Source: Phoronis australis
Lineage: Eukaryota > Animalia > Phoronida
Direction: 5' to 3'
Length of the DNA stretch: 64,000 bases
Assembly: GCA_002633005.1 (NCBI GenBank)
Contig: NMRA01000028.1
Coordinates: forward strand, 275,989-339,988
The notes beneath the pieces are model-generated. The model was not told where the DNA came from, did not search any database, and saw nothing but the letters and a program-made list of their open reading frames with translations. This document shows positions 40,667 to 52,167 of the stretch, one piece after another (the first letter of the stretch is position 1; each line of letters opens with the position of its first letter). The position numbers and the translations under genes were made by a program.

Positions 40667-41467
40667 ATGTCGATTTTTAAGAAGAAGGCGAAAATAACTG
40701 TTACTCCAAAAGATCCAGTGTTTTATGTGAGATTGATAGGCAGTACTGAGACATTCAAAGCGTCTGGAAGAGGGTGCCTGCGTCTCCCTATTCAGAAACT
40801 TTGGGATTCGTCAGAATCGGAACAAAATATGAGGCGAGTAGCAGTGACTTTATCCTCGAGCGGCATCCGGCTCAAGGACATGGAAAGCAAAAAAGCCAAG
40901 GAGCAACACTTTGACATCAAGCGAATATCGTATTGTAACACTGACACTGAGCTAACTAGAGTTTTTGGATGGATTTATAGGAGCCCTGAGAGTAACAAAA
41001 AAGAATGTTACGGGCTTGTGTGTAGTAGTCCAGAGAAGGCCCAAGCAATGGCCTTGGTGCTGTCTCGTGCCTTTCAGATCGCGTACAGTGAATTTAAACG
41101 AGAACAAGCTCGTCTGCATAGACACCCGTCGAGACAAGACCAAACCGAAGCAGACAATTCAGCGACGCAGACGAGCCAGGCCCGACAAAATGGTACTGCC
41201 GCGGCTGGTGAACACTCGAGTAGCAAAGCCAATGACACAAACCCCGGGAATACGACTCCCTGTGACACAGACAGTATTCACCTCGGTAGTGATCTGACGC
41301 AAATGAACATATCCCAAGACGACAACGCGTCGCAGTGCAGCTCAGAAAATAACGTCAGAATAATGGTAGAAGAGATAGAGCAGACGGCTGCGCATAATGC
41401 AACAGTGCACGAGTTAGCCAAAGGAGATGACGGTGCAGTTGACGAACTGGATCACCGGCAAAAATAA
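40667..41467 (+). CDS. FAM43A: FAM43-like PTB/PID-domain protein (266 aa, single coding exon)
   Basis: ITVTPKDPVFYVRLIG, GRGC, KLWD, RISYC..D....RVFGWIYR, SPEKAQAMALVL...AYSEFKR parallel FAM43A/B PID motifs; low-complexity C-terminal tail; long uninterrupted ORF. Confidence 0.85.
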   Translation: MSIFKKKAKITVTPKDPVFYVRLIGSTETFKASGRGCLRLPIQKLWDSSESEQNMRRVAVTLSSSGIRLKDMESKKAKEQHFDIKRISYCNTDTELTRVFGWIYRSPESNKKECYGLVCSSPEKAQAMALVLSRAFQIAYSEFKREQARLHRHPSRQDQTEADNSATQTSQARQNGTAAAGEHSSSKANDTNPGNTTPCDTDSIHLGSDLTQMNISQDDNASQCSSENNVRIMVEEIEQTAAHNATVHELAKGDDGAVDELDHRQK

Positions 41468-41689
41468 TTCCTGTTGATATCCCTGTATTTCTTACACAGG
41501 TATCATTTAAAGAGAGATTTCCGTTCAGAAATGTTTTATTAATCAATCACTTTTTCTTAACTGTCATAACACAAAAAACAGCGCAAATATTTAACCGCGT
41601 AAAAAATTCTCATGAAGATGAAAGACTGAGGAAATGTTTACAAAGGTTAACAAGTTGTTCATCGGCATTTGTTGACATCAGTTTAATGA

Positions 41690-42010
41690 ATTTAAATACT
41701 GAAGGGTGCTTATAGTAATACATGAAAACGTAATTTCGCCCAGTGTATGTATTTCAAGGGAATGGTATTCGTCCTCGATAATTTTGGAACAGTAGTGACA
41801 CACTGTGTCTGCCCTGTCAACATCCAATTCAGGTTGTGATTTGAACAGGAAAAGACTGACATGGCCATAATTTGTGTAGGGGTACATTGACACTGAGTCA
41901 GTTTTGCAAATTGAATTAACCTTTACATTGTCGCCAACCTCACTTGCAGATATGAAGCCCTTAGTCTGATATTTATTGTGTATGTCTTATTCTACATTTG
42001 TAATGACGAA
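41690..42010 (-). mobile_element. Decayed non-LTR ORF2 C-terminal fragment
   Basis: RLRAS..L and CHYCSKIIEDEYH resemble the terminal RLRIS..H / C..C...IEDE.H zinc knuckle of LINE ORF2. Confidence 0.55.
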
Positions 42011-45000
42011 CATGTTGTAGTCAGTATTAACTATAATGTTGTTGTGAATTAATTCATGTTAATATATGCTGGAAACGTTATCATAGCAACGAGACATCTG
42101 CATGATTGTTATATCTATTATTGTTGAAGTAGCAGTGACCTATAGACAAGGAGATATGCGATGAGTGTCTTCCACAGGTACTACTGCACATGTCGGTGTT
42201 CACACACACTCTGTACATGTCAACTGGTGAATGTGTGAGATTTGAGCTAGGGCCTAAACTGCATTCACTAACAGATCACTTTTGTGACACATCCTTCTGA
42301 CTACCTATGGTTGTCTGTTGTTCAAAATTGGACAATTTGTGTCAAGTCTTGGTGATAAACACAGCGACTATTGACATACGCTCGGCTGGAACATGGTAGA
42401 GTATAGCCTGCATTTTCTATTCAAGGTGACTTGGACTCACATAAGGCTTGTGACTGCATATGCGTGAGAGTTAATGGAAGTCGCTTCACTTTACTGTACG
42501 TGTAAGACCAGCTATTCATACGACGTTGTATTCTTTTGTTTGAATACTAAACCAGTCTTGTTGACCCGAGCTCATTCACATGAACACTCATATTTGTATG
42601 GAATGCGAATAGTTGTGACGACAACGGTACTGAGATCGAGTTAAGTGATAATACGACATGTTTCTTGCACTTCTGTTGTGTATAATTTGGCACGTGCAAC
42701 AATGAACTAAGTAAATGCACACACTCTATTTTACGGCCAAGAAAGTCCTTTTTGGAATTGTTGTGTAATGGCTTCTTGGCGATATAAAATAACAAAATCC
42801 AATGTGTTTTGTGTTTTCATCAAAAATCGCCAATTCTCGGAGTTCAGTGTCTGCCAGCATGAAATCAGGAGCGGTTACTAGACCAGTTAAATTCAGTTAC
42901 TAAAAATGACTATTATCGAGTGGTGTTTTGCTACGCCATGCCTAGGTCATGCTAAACGCTGTAGGCCAAATACGGCCACCGAGGTTAGCGAGTTCTGTTC
43001 TGTGTTGGGTGATCTCAGCAAACCTCTTTTCTCGCCAATAATTTTACTTTAGTGATGACATAAAATGAGTGGTGCGACTTTTGTTCATCTCATGGCTGTC
43101 ACGACCCCGGGTAACGCCCCGGGGGAAAACATTCGATCACGACAAGTGTAAGGGTATATGGAAGTCAGTGTTAAACTTATAAAATAAAAATTTCATTGAT
43201 CAGATTTGCGATTGATTTGCAGTAGCAAATCCGCATTTTCGGAATTTTAATCCTTCAACTAACGTAAAACCATTCTTAAGTCTTACTACTGGCTTTTGAA
43301 CATTTAACCTGATAGCCTTATTCCCTTGAGCTGTTTGTACGAATTATTTGCATTCCAGAGGATTATTGTTCTTCAAACGAGATTATTTGTCAGTGAAAGA
43401 GAATAAATCCAAGCTTTTTAACAACTTTAATGTGGCGAAATGTTGCCTGATAACTGAGCTCCGTTGACGTTATTCCCCGCCAAGTACACATGAGCACTTC
43501 AAATTGAAGGCCGCAAATATGTTTTTGGTATTCAACGTTATATTGAGCTCTTCCGAGGGACAAAAGCAACCAACTTCAATGTAAGATAAAATAAGCGGTT
43601 TATTAGCCACAGAACACCAATGTGAGCCCCATTCCAACCAATGTAAACCATAGAAAACAAGCTAAAAACTTTTTCATTTATTGAAAACACAGAAGCAATG
43701 TGCAAAAGACAGCGAACACATACATACCACACTCACGCGGGCGTTTTTCGAGACCTGCCTACAGAATTAGAACCGGTGCTTAAAATTTGTCTCATTTCGT
43801 GCCTCGATGATGTGTAACTCTGAACAATTTTAAATCAAACCATGAAACGGGATGTAACAAGGTGATACTCATACCACCTAAACAGCACTCGATATATACC
43901 TTTGAAGCTGCTGACGCTTGGTGGATAAAACTGCTAAAATTCATATCATGATCTTAGATCCGGGTATGAAAAGATTTGCGAAGCCGCGTATCCTTGCATT
44001 TTCTACAAATAATAGCAGAAAGTTTTAGCACAGGTCCCCGGAAAATTTTATTCATGATTATTGAGACTTCCAAGACATGCTGCTTTGGGGATTTTTGTAC
44101 CCAGATTCAAAGATCGCGATGCATTTCGTCGAATGATGTGCTCACCCAGGGAGGCACGGGGGGCTCGAACGGGCCTTAGAGAAACAAAAAGTCCGAGAAA
44201 ACGAGACAAAAGTCCACTAAAAAGGCGCAAACACACAGTTCACAGACCTGAAGGTGGTACCCAATTTTTTTTAGTCCTCCCGCTTTTTTGTTGGCAAAAG
44301 GTCCACTTTGTTAGAAATCGAGCCCCCCATATTAAAGGCTGAGTACGCGCATGTGAATAATGTACAAAAATCTGTTGAATTGAATTTTAGCAGCCTTCAA
44401 CGCCACACTCGGGTCCTGCCACTTTGCTAACAACACACGTTCACACGGATGTATATTGCGCACGATTGACATTCAGCTCCAAACAATAGTCTTTGTAGAG
44501 CGGACTATAAGACGCATACGAACAAATAAAACCAGTAGCATTTATGATGACAGTAAACCAGTCATTTATGAAGGGCATGTACTGCGTACAATGAATCAAG
44601 CAACCTGTATACAAAGACGAGGTCCAAAATGATTGGTTCATTTCCAAGATTTTGTATTGAAACTGAACTTACCACAACAAATGTTATTTGGTCACAGAGC
44701 AGAGTGTGGTTGATCCGCTCGCTTGGGCTCAGTGCATTAATGAGGCTTTGAACGCGAAAAACGGACTAAATTGCATTATCCAAAGTGGTCCTATGTCACT
44801 GAAACGGACTGAATTCAACCTGCTCACCAAGTATTTTTACGGTTTGTTCGTAAAGATTTTTAATTTCTGTTCATACTGCCCACTGCTCGTCACGTCAACT
44901 GCTCGTCACTTTGTCGATTTTTTCCACAAGGCAAAGCACGTCTCTTTATTTAGTATGGCAAGACAGACGTAACCATTTCCCTTATATGGAAAATGTGACT

Positions 45001-45536
45001 TTTGACCTTTGATGTAAACAAACAATGTTGACCTCAAGCAGTATCTAGTCCGATTCAGAGCCAATTAATTAAGTGCTAACTGCTTAATTAGTTACAAATG
45101 TATCGTACTAGTATTCAAATGTATTCTAAAATGCACTTGAAATTATTTCTGGAAAATTGCTTGCTCCACTGGCTTGCCTCATACTGTGCTGTTGACCTCA
45201 GATTCGGAGTGGTATCACACATGTTTGTCAAACTACTGTGTGCGCATGCGCACATTTATCATAAGTGGGAGGGAGATTAGAAACTCTGTGGTGACTACAG
45301 AGATTTTCCTTCGCGCGTATTTCAAAAATTGTTAATTTTGTGTTTTTTTCTGGAAATTCCCTCACAGAAGAAAGAGACTAAGTCTTTAGTACGCGTTGCA
45401 AGATGTTACTTTAGTCAGAAATTGTTTAAAAGACATTTTTGACGAGCTTTCGCCTTTCAAGCCTCTTTTAGACTTTTTTTGTCGACTCGGGCCTGTCTAC
45501 GCACAAAACTCTTCTTTCGCGCAGAGCAGTTTTCAA

Positions 45537-45699
45537 CGAAGGCCTATTAGTGCCAGAAAAAAAATAAAATTTAAATCTTGACGATCTGCAATTACAGATT
45601 TGCGATCCGTAATAACGGATTGAGAATCCGTAACGAATTGGAAATCCGTAATAACTGATTCAAATTTTATTTTTTGTCGGGCACTAATGGGCCTTCGTA
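45537..45699. mobile_element. Small MITE with ~35-bp TIRs and internal short tandem repeats
   Basis: CGAAGGCCTATTAGTGCCAGAAAAAAAATAAAATT is mirrored by AATTTTATTTTTTGTCGGGCACTAATGGGCCTTCG. Confidence 0.7.
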
Positions 45700-48573
45700 G
45701 TATACTGCTTGCTATCATATCGAACTGTTTCATTACGTGAGGCCTTTTGGCGATTGTAATGTGTCATTTTTATGTGTCATGTTAAAATATGCAAACATAT
45801 ATACACATAACACACACTTGAATGTTATACAACGTTCATGATGGGCACTGTGGGTTGATAAAGCGAGATCTGTAAAGTGCAAGCCAGTTTAAACACGAAC
45901 GATCATCAATAAGTTGCGCGTGATTCTTTCAGGATGTTTGTTTCCTCATTTCTGATCTGTTTGTAATGCTGCGACATCCATTACGTGATTTTCAGAAATG
46001 TACGGATCGATTCTTAGTACTGTGTTTCCATGGCAATGATTGTCAGCTTCGCGTGTTTCCTGCACACAATAAGATCATAAAAGAAATTCCATGTGCGGCC
46101 ACGTATTCAGATAATCATGACGATATGATGATGAAAAGTTGACTTTCAATTACCCCGTGACTAGTATGGTGATGACTCATTCTCGAGAACACATAAATTT
46201 ACCTGATCGGGTAAAAGATTGCAAGGTGAAAAGTTGTAAATACAAACCACGGAAACATTTTGACAAACGTGTATAGCATCTTTTAGGATTTTATCAAAAA
46301 GTATAATTTTCCAACAACTGAAATACACAGCTGATTAAACTTCGGTGAAGATTTACATCATGTTAACTGAAACATAAACTAAAATATAGTGACTCAAGAG
46401 ATTGTCTTCACATGGAGGTAAACAGTAATCCTATAACAACAACAACAACAACAACAGCAGCAGCAAGAAATGTAATTTCTTATTCTTCAAAGAAAATTTG
46501 TGACAATTACAAAATGTCAACAGAGGCTTCACATGACGCACGATCTTTCTGCGCAACAATGATACACTTACTAAGCGGAACTTACTGTTTTACAATCTAG
46601 AGGCCTGTCATTTAAAAACAGATCCAATCAAACACTTGAGCGTGATGGCTTGTCTTGCCATTCCCAATCGTCGGTAGATTGAAATGTGCTGAATTATTTA
46701 CTCTCTTTTTATGCATAAAATGATTATGTTGGTCACACAACGGTATAGATACAATATGTATGGTGGGGTTTGATCTTTTCAGAAAAAAAATAATTTGCAT
46801 GCTCCTAGTTATGCTAATGTACAGCAGGAACTAAACGACAATGTTGTTTGAGCATCATCTGCACTAAACAAAGTGCAGTTGTATTCACTGACGACTTGTA
46901 AATGTGAAAACAAAAAAATTCTGCAAATAGGTGACCTTTCCGCTCATGACGTACCTTTGGGGCTCATATGGCCCGCATCATGCACTGTTATTCCCCAACG
47001 CCGCGTCACGGTACTTACTGGATAAGGTTGAGTGATTTACGGCGGATGATATTCGACACAAACGCGTTCTTAAAAACATTTGGAAATTTTCAACGTACTT
47101 CGGCATTTAGTCACACCGTCGCTATATGTTGCGTTTCTAACTAATTTGACCAAGCATTCACAGAGATGCAAGTGGTAAGTAATACTATGCATTGAACTTC
47201 TTGGGCAAATCCGATAGACATTTTCAATAAACAAAGAATTCATCCCTCACTAAACAATCTTCAATCAATGTTTCTCGCACCTGTAAACACAATGTCATTA
47301 GCGCCGCCATCACGTTCTCAAATCATTCCTCATTATATCTCAGCGTAAAAGTCAAAAACGTCATGTACCCGTCGGCGTTTCCTCGCTGTCAGCGGTAAAT
47401 GACCCCGAATACGCGTCAGTGCGCTTGGATTTCACAAATCACTATATTAAGTTTCAAAGAGATAAAAATCGATTTCGTTTGGCACGAGAAGCGACAGTGT
47501 CGCAACAATTGAGTTCTTCTGCATGTATGCAATTGACAAGTCCACACTGATATATGTCAAACTCTTCTCATGCAAGCCTGTGGGAAGCCGGATGTGCAAT
47601 GGACTTTTAATGGGATTCATAGTCTGGTATATAGGCTATAAACTACTTACTGAACGGACAACTACGTATTTCCAATAGAACAACAGAACAATAGAATTTA
47701 AGCCTTTCTCGAGCGGATTTTTTGCTTTTACTCTAGATACATTGGACTATCCCAACGATACTTTAGCAACGTCAAATCATGATACTTGAAGTAGCCTTTT
47801 CGCGCCACATTACGTCACTGCGAGAAAACAGCAGTACCAGGATAGTTTTGTACTTTCGCCGGTACCCGCGGCAGAAAGATGTTCCCGCTAGGGGTACCAG
47901 CATGTGTGGGTGTTAGTAGTTTGCGATGGCTGACGTAGACAAGAGTCAATCAACAAGCCTAACCACTCATTGCATTGGACAATTTATGACTTTAACTGTG
48001 GTCAAAGTGGTGCTTCCACGTTAGTGGGAAATGCCTTTAAAAAGCGGCATAATATAACTATTCACTACATGTGCGCACCCGGCCTCCCCCATTTGACGAA
48101 GTGGGCAAGAAGGTCCACCTCAGAGAAACAAAAAAACTCCGAAAAGGGTAGATCACATGAGACAAAAGTCCCCTAAAAAGCAGGAATTTCCAAAATTCAG
48201 CGAACGCACAAGTCATAGCTCTGACCGTACCTCGTGAATCTCAGTAAAATGTCCACATTCTCAAAAAATCGATATTCCATTTTTAGGCTGTAGTTTGAGC
48301 CCTCGCGTTTGACCAGCACGCTAAACAAAGTATGGGTGTACTTGTCAAATTATCAAATTGCAATGACTGATCAATTATCACGCAAGGCAATTGAAATTTT
48401 TGCTATACTTTTCTCAGGTCGGTTTAATAAAACCATTTTTCTACTCAGCACATATTTGTCCAAGCTACAAATTAAAAATGCCTGACCGGTCTTTCTCTCC
48501 TTGTTTACGTGGATGTTATGTTTATAATAGAGTTGCACTTCGCCCTGTTCAGGCGGACTAAAATGGAAACTGA

Positions 48574-48835
48574 ATTAGACCTTTTACTCTCATCATTAAT
48601 CATTGACATCATATTCCTTACCGTGATATAGGATTCCGTTTTCGTTGCCATCAGAAGTCATAGGGAATGCGTACATGCATCATTTTCACAATTTTAGGGT
48701 TGTCCATCCCCAAAGTACTCTGAAGGGATTTTTTAGTCGCTGATGGTTTCTACTGTTCTTGTTGGTAACAGAAGTACAATCCTATCACGGTAAGTAACAT
48801 TATGAGAGCGGTTTTATGTAAGTAAAAGGCCTAAA
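48574..48835. repeat. Degenerate inverted repeat or MITE
   Basis: CCTTTTACT...CTTACCGTGATATAGGATT versus AATCCTATCACGGTAAG...AGTAAAAGG. Confidence 0.5.
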
Positions 48836-49617
48836 GTTGTAAATAAAATTAATTTAAAGCCTATTGCTAAGGATACGTTTATTGATCCCTTTCTTTAGAG
48901 GAACTATTATGAAATTCATTTTAAAGTGATAATAATATGCGTCTCTCGTTGAACAGAATGCCACTAACCTACGAAGTCAGGGCTATTTAGAAAGCAATAA
49001 AGGGATATTGTTGGTTTTATGGCTGAAAACTCATTTTTATGCATATTGCCGTAATATGAGTGTGGGCATCCAGGGCGCTCTAGTGACTATCTCGTAAATC
49101 CCTTGGGGAGGACCGGTCCGAATACAGTTCTGCACCGGCCGTACTGCAGATTTTATTTTTTCGTTTGCCTCTTTTTCTTTGGAATTCATAGATGGATTTC
49201 ACGAAAATTTGGTTTGGCAAGGTTTCTCTTAAGGAGGCGAAATCGCCTTCCCACTTTGGATGGAATCGACGTATTCTGCGCTACCTATTGGCAATTTTTA
49301 TTGTTTTCTTGTTGTAGCGTCTCTCTTGAAGGCTAACTGCTTGAAGTGGGGGATCATGGTGAAAATTGACAGATGTGTTCTTGCCCACCTCGGGAAAGGC
49401 AACGGCCGACGTTTATTTTCGGACGCGTCTGACTACCGCGGCGGCCTCAAGTGACATCGTTTTCGCGTCCGCGTGACCAATGAAACAACAAGAGTGGATC
49501 AACTGAAATTTTCGGATACAATAACATCCTTCGTCAACAGAAACAGTAAAATCAAACACTACCGGTATATGACAATTGACATTTATAATGTATCACATTC
49601 ATTACGCCACATCTTAA

Positions 49618-51082
49618 AGGCGAAGGCAAAATTTTTCCATGTCATTTTGAGCTAAAATAAGGTTGGTTGGTTATCCTAGACATATTTTCCACTTAATTAC
49701 AACTTTTCGTAATTTTATTAATTACTCGTCCGCTAATGCGGAAGTGACGTTTTAGGAGGCAAGCATTTCGCGCCAATTTCTTTTCATATAGTCTGACTGT
49801 GAGAGCTGCCGAGTCAGTCATTGTTCTACCTCGGTTGTGTTAAGTTCCGTCGTCGTTTGCTTTCATTTACTAGTCAGTCAACATGCCACACTGTTGCTGC
49901 GTACCGGAATTTACTAGTTATCAGCTCACGCGCGCTTTGGGAGTACCTTTGCATCGCTTTCCGATGGATGACACACTTCGCCGTACTTGGCTCGTTCGTG
50001 TGAAGAACGCAGCGTTACCCGTCCACGCAACGTACAAAGCAGTGGAGAATTACTGTGTGTGTGGCAAGCACTTTCTGCCCTCCGCTTACGAAAGGGATTT
50101 GTACGCTGAACTGATGAAGGTCCCNNNNNNNNNNNNNNNNNNNNNNNNNNNNNNNNNNNNNNNNNNNNNNNNNNNNNNNNNNNNNNNNNNNNNNNNNNNN
50201 NNNNNNNNNNNNNNNNNNNNNNNNNNNNNNNNNNNNNNNNNNNNNNNNNNNNNNNNNNNNNNNNNNNNNNNNNNNNNNNNNNNNNNNNNNNNNNNNNNNN
50301 NNNNNNNNNNNNNNNNNNNNNNNNNNNNNNNNNNNNNNNNNNNNNNNNNNNNNNNNNNNNNNNNNNNNNNNNNNNNNNNNNNNNNNNNNNNNNNNNNNNN
50401 NNNNNNNNNNNNNNNNNNNNNNNNNNNNNNNNNNNNNNNNNNNNNNNNNNNNNNNNNNNNNNNNNNNNNNNNNNNNNNNNNNNNNNNNNNNNNNNNNNNN
50501 NNNNNNNNNNNNNNNNNNNNNNNNNNNNNNNNNNNNNNNNNNNNNNNNNNNNNNNNNNNNNNNNNNNNNNNNNNNNNNNNNNNNNNNNNNNNNNNNNNNN
50601 NNNNNNNNNNNNNNNNNNNNNNNNNNNNNNNNNNNNNNNNNNNNNNNNNNNNNNNNNNNNNNNNNNNNNNNNNNNNNNNNNNNNNNNNNNNNNNNNNNNN
50701 NNNNNNNNNNNNNNNNNNNNNNNNNNNNNNNNNNNNNNNNNNNNNNNNNNNNNNNNNNNNNNNNNNNNNNNNNNNNNNNNNNNNNNNNNNNNNNNNNNNN
50801 NNNNNNNNNNNNNNNNNNNNNNNNNNNNNNNNNNNNNNNNNTGGTGGCGACAATTGTTGAAAAACAGCACAAAACAAAAGTAGAATAGAACAGATTCGCC
50901 CGGTAAAGTCAACGCAAAACCAAGTGGCGGGAAACGCTTGCCTCCTAAAACGTCACTTCCGCAGTAGCGGACGAGTAATTAATAAAATTACGAAAAGCTG
51001 TAATTAAGTGGACAATATGTCTAGGATAACCAACCAACCTTATTTTAGCTCAAAATGACATGAAAAAAGGTTGCCTTCGCCT
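49618..51082 (+). mobile_element. Kolobok-type DNA transposon with ~150-bp TIRs, TTAA TSD and THAP ORF (interior gapped)
   Basis: TTAA|AGGCGAAGGC ... GCCTTCGCCT|TTAA; highly similar TIRs; THAP ORF from 49883. Confidence 0.85.
49883..50124 (+). CDS. THAP zinc-finger N-terminus of the transposon ORF (runs into gap)
   Basis: MPHCCCVP...LHRFP...RRTWL...VCGKHF: THAP signature, although the second Cys of the C2CH motif appears replaced (PEF). Confidence 0.75.
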
Positions 51083-52054
51083 TTAAATGTCAATTGTCAT
51101 ATACCGGTAGTGTTTGATTTTACTTTATTTCTGTTTCTGTTGACGAAGGATGTTATTATATCCGAAAATTTCAGTTGACCCAGTCTTGTTGTTTTATTTA
51201 CTTATATATATTCTACATTTCGTGAAACAATAGTATCCTTGAGAGGATCTGGATCGCCTTACTTAGTTTCAGATTTATTTTCTACGTGACCAATGAGGAA
51301 TGTGAGAACATCCAGTACACAGTTAAGAATTTTGCAACGTTTTCCAGTTAATCCGATGTAGTAATTATCAGCGAACATAGATTCTGAATTAAATTTTGAT
51401 TGTATTAACCATAACGACAAGCGTATGAATGTTGCCCAACATCTGGATAACTATTAACATACATATTATCTAAAAGTAGAATGCACCTATTTGGCAGTTC
51501 AACTGGGTAAAAATGAAATTATGTTTAAATTTATTCTCATTAAAATCGATCTCCAATACTCCTCGTGATAGAACTCCATCACCAACAAGAACATCATATC
51601 CATCCGGGACTCCCAAAATCCATCAATCTGAAGACGTCCCCCTCCCCAATAATTTCACGAGCACTTCAGGATTAGCAGAATTAAGACACGATGAAGGTGC
51701 AATTACTTGGAAAGTCAAAAGCCTATAACACTTTGTACACCCTGCCAATTTGTGTAAGAGTTCATAGTTGGGGAGCACCGCTTACCTACTAGATTGTCCT
51801 CAACAAAAATACGACTAAAACAGGTCTACAAATTCCAATTAGTCCTATAAGATAGTCATATCTGAATACCTGGTGTGTATACATGGCTGTAAATGAAACC
51901 AGCAGCAACACATCTTGGTGATTGAACAAAGAATCCAGTTTACAAGAGTGAATGACCAACAATTGCCACATGACATAAGGATGAGAAAATCCAGTGGGGT
52001 CGTAGTACACGCCCATGTAATAGGTACAAATAAGAGATTACTGTTTTAAATATT

Positions 52055-52094
52055 TTTATTGTTTTAGTTTTTTGTACATAGAAAGTGGTTTATT
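52055..52094 (-). terminator. RPL8 polyadenylation signals
   Basis: AATAAA overlapping the stop codon (52094-52089) and a second AATAAA at 52060-52055. Confidence 0.6.
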
Positions 52095-52167
52095 CTTTGT
52101 CGTCTTTGCCAGTGAGCTGCTTGGTACCACGTAGACGACCAGTTCGCCTGGCAGCAATGAGACCAAC
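52090..52167 (-). CDS. RPL8: RPL8 last coding exon
   Basis: ttcag|GTT GGT CTC...GAA TAA encodes [25 protein letters not shown]. Confidence 0.95.
   Translation of the reverse strand, partial: VGLIAARRTGRLRGTKQLTGKDDKE

Larger units (their letters stand above)
49483..51194. repeat. Palindromic host element (arms 49483-49586 and 51084-51194) split by Kolobok
   Basis: ~105-bp near-perfect inverted arms flank the Kolobok TTAA sites. Confidence 0.75.
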
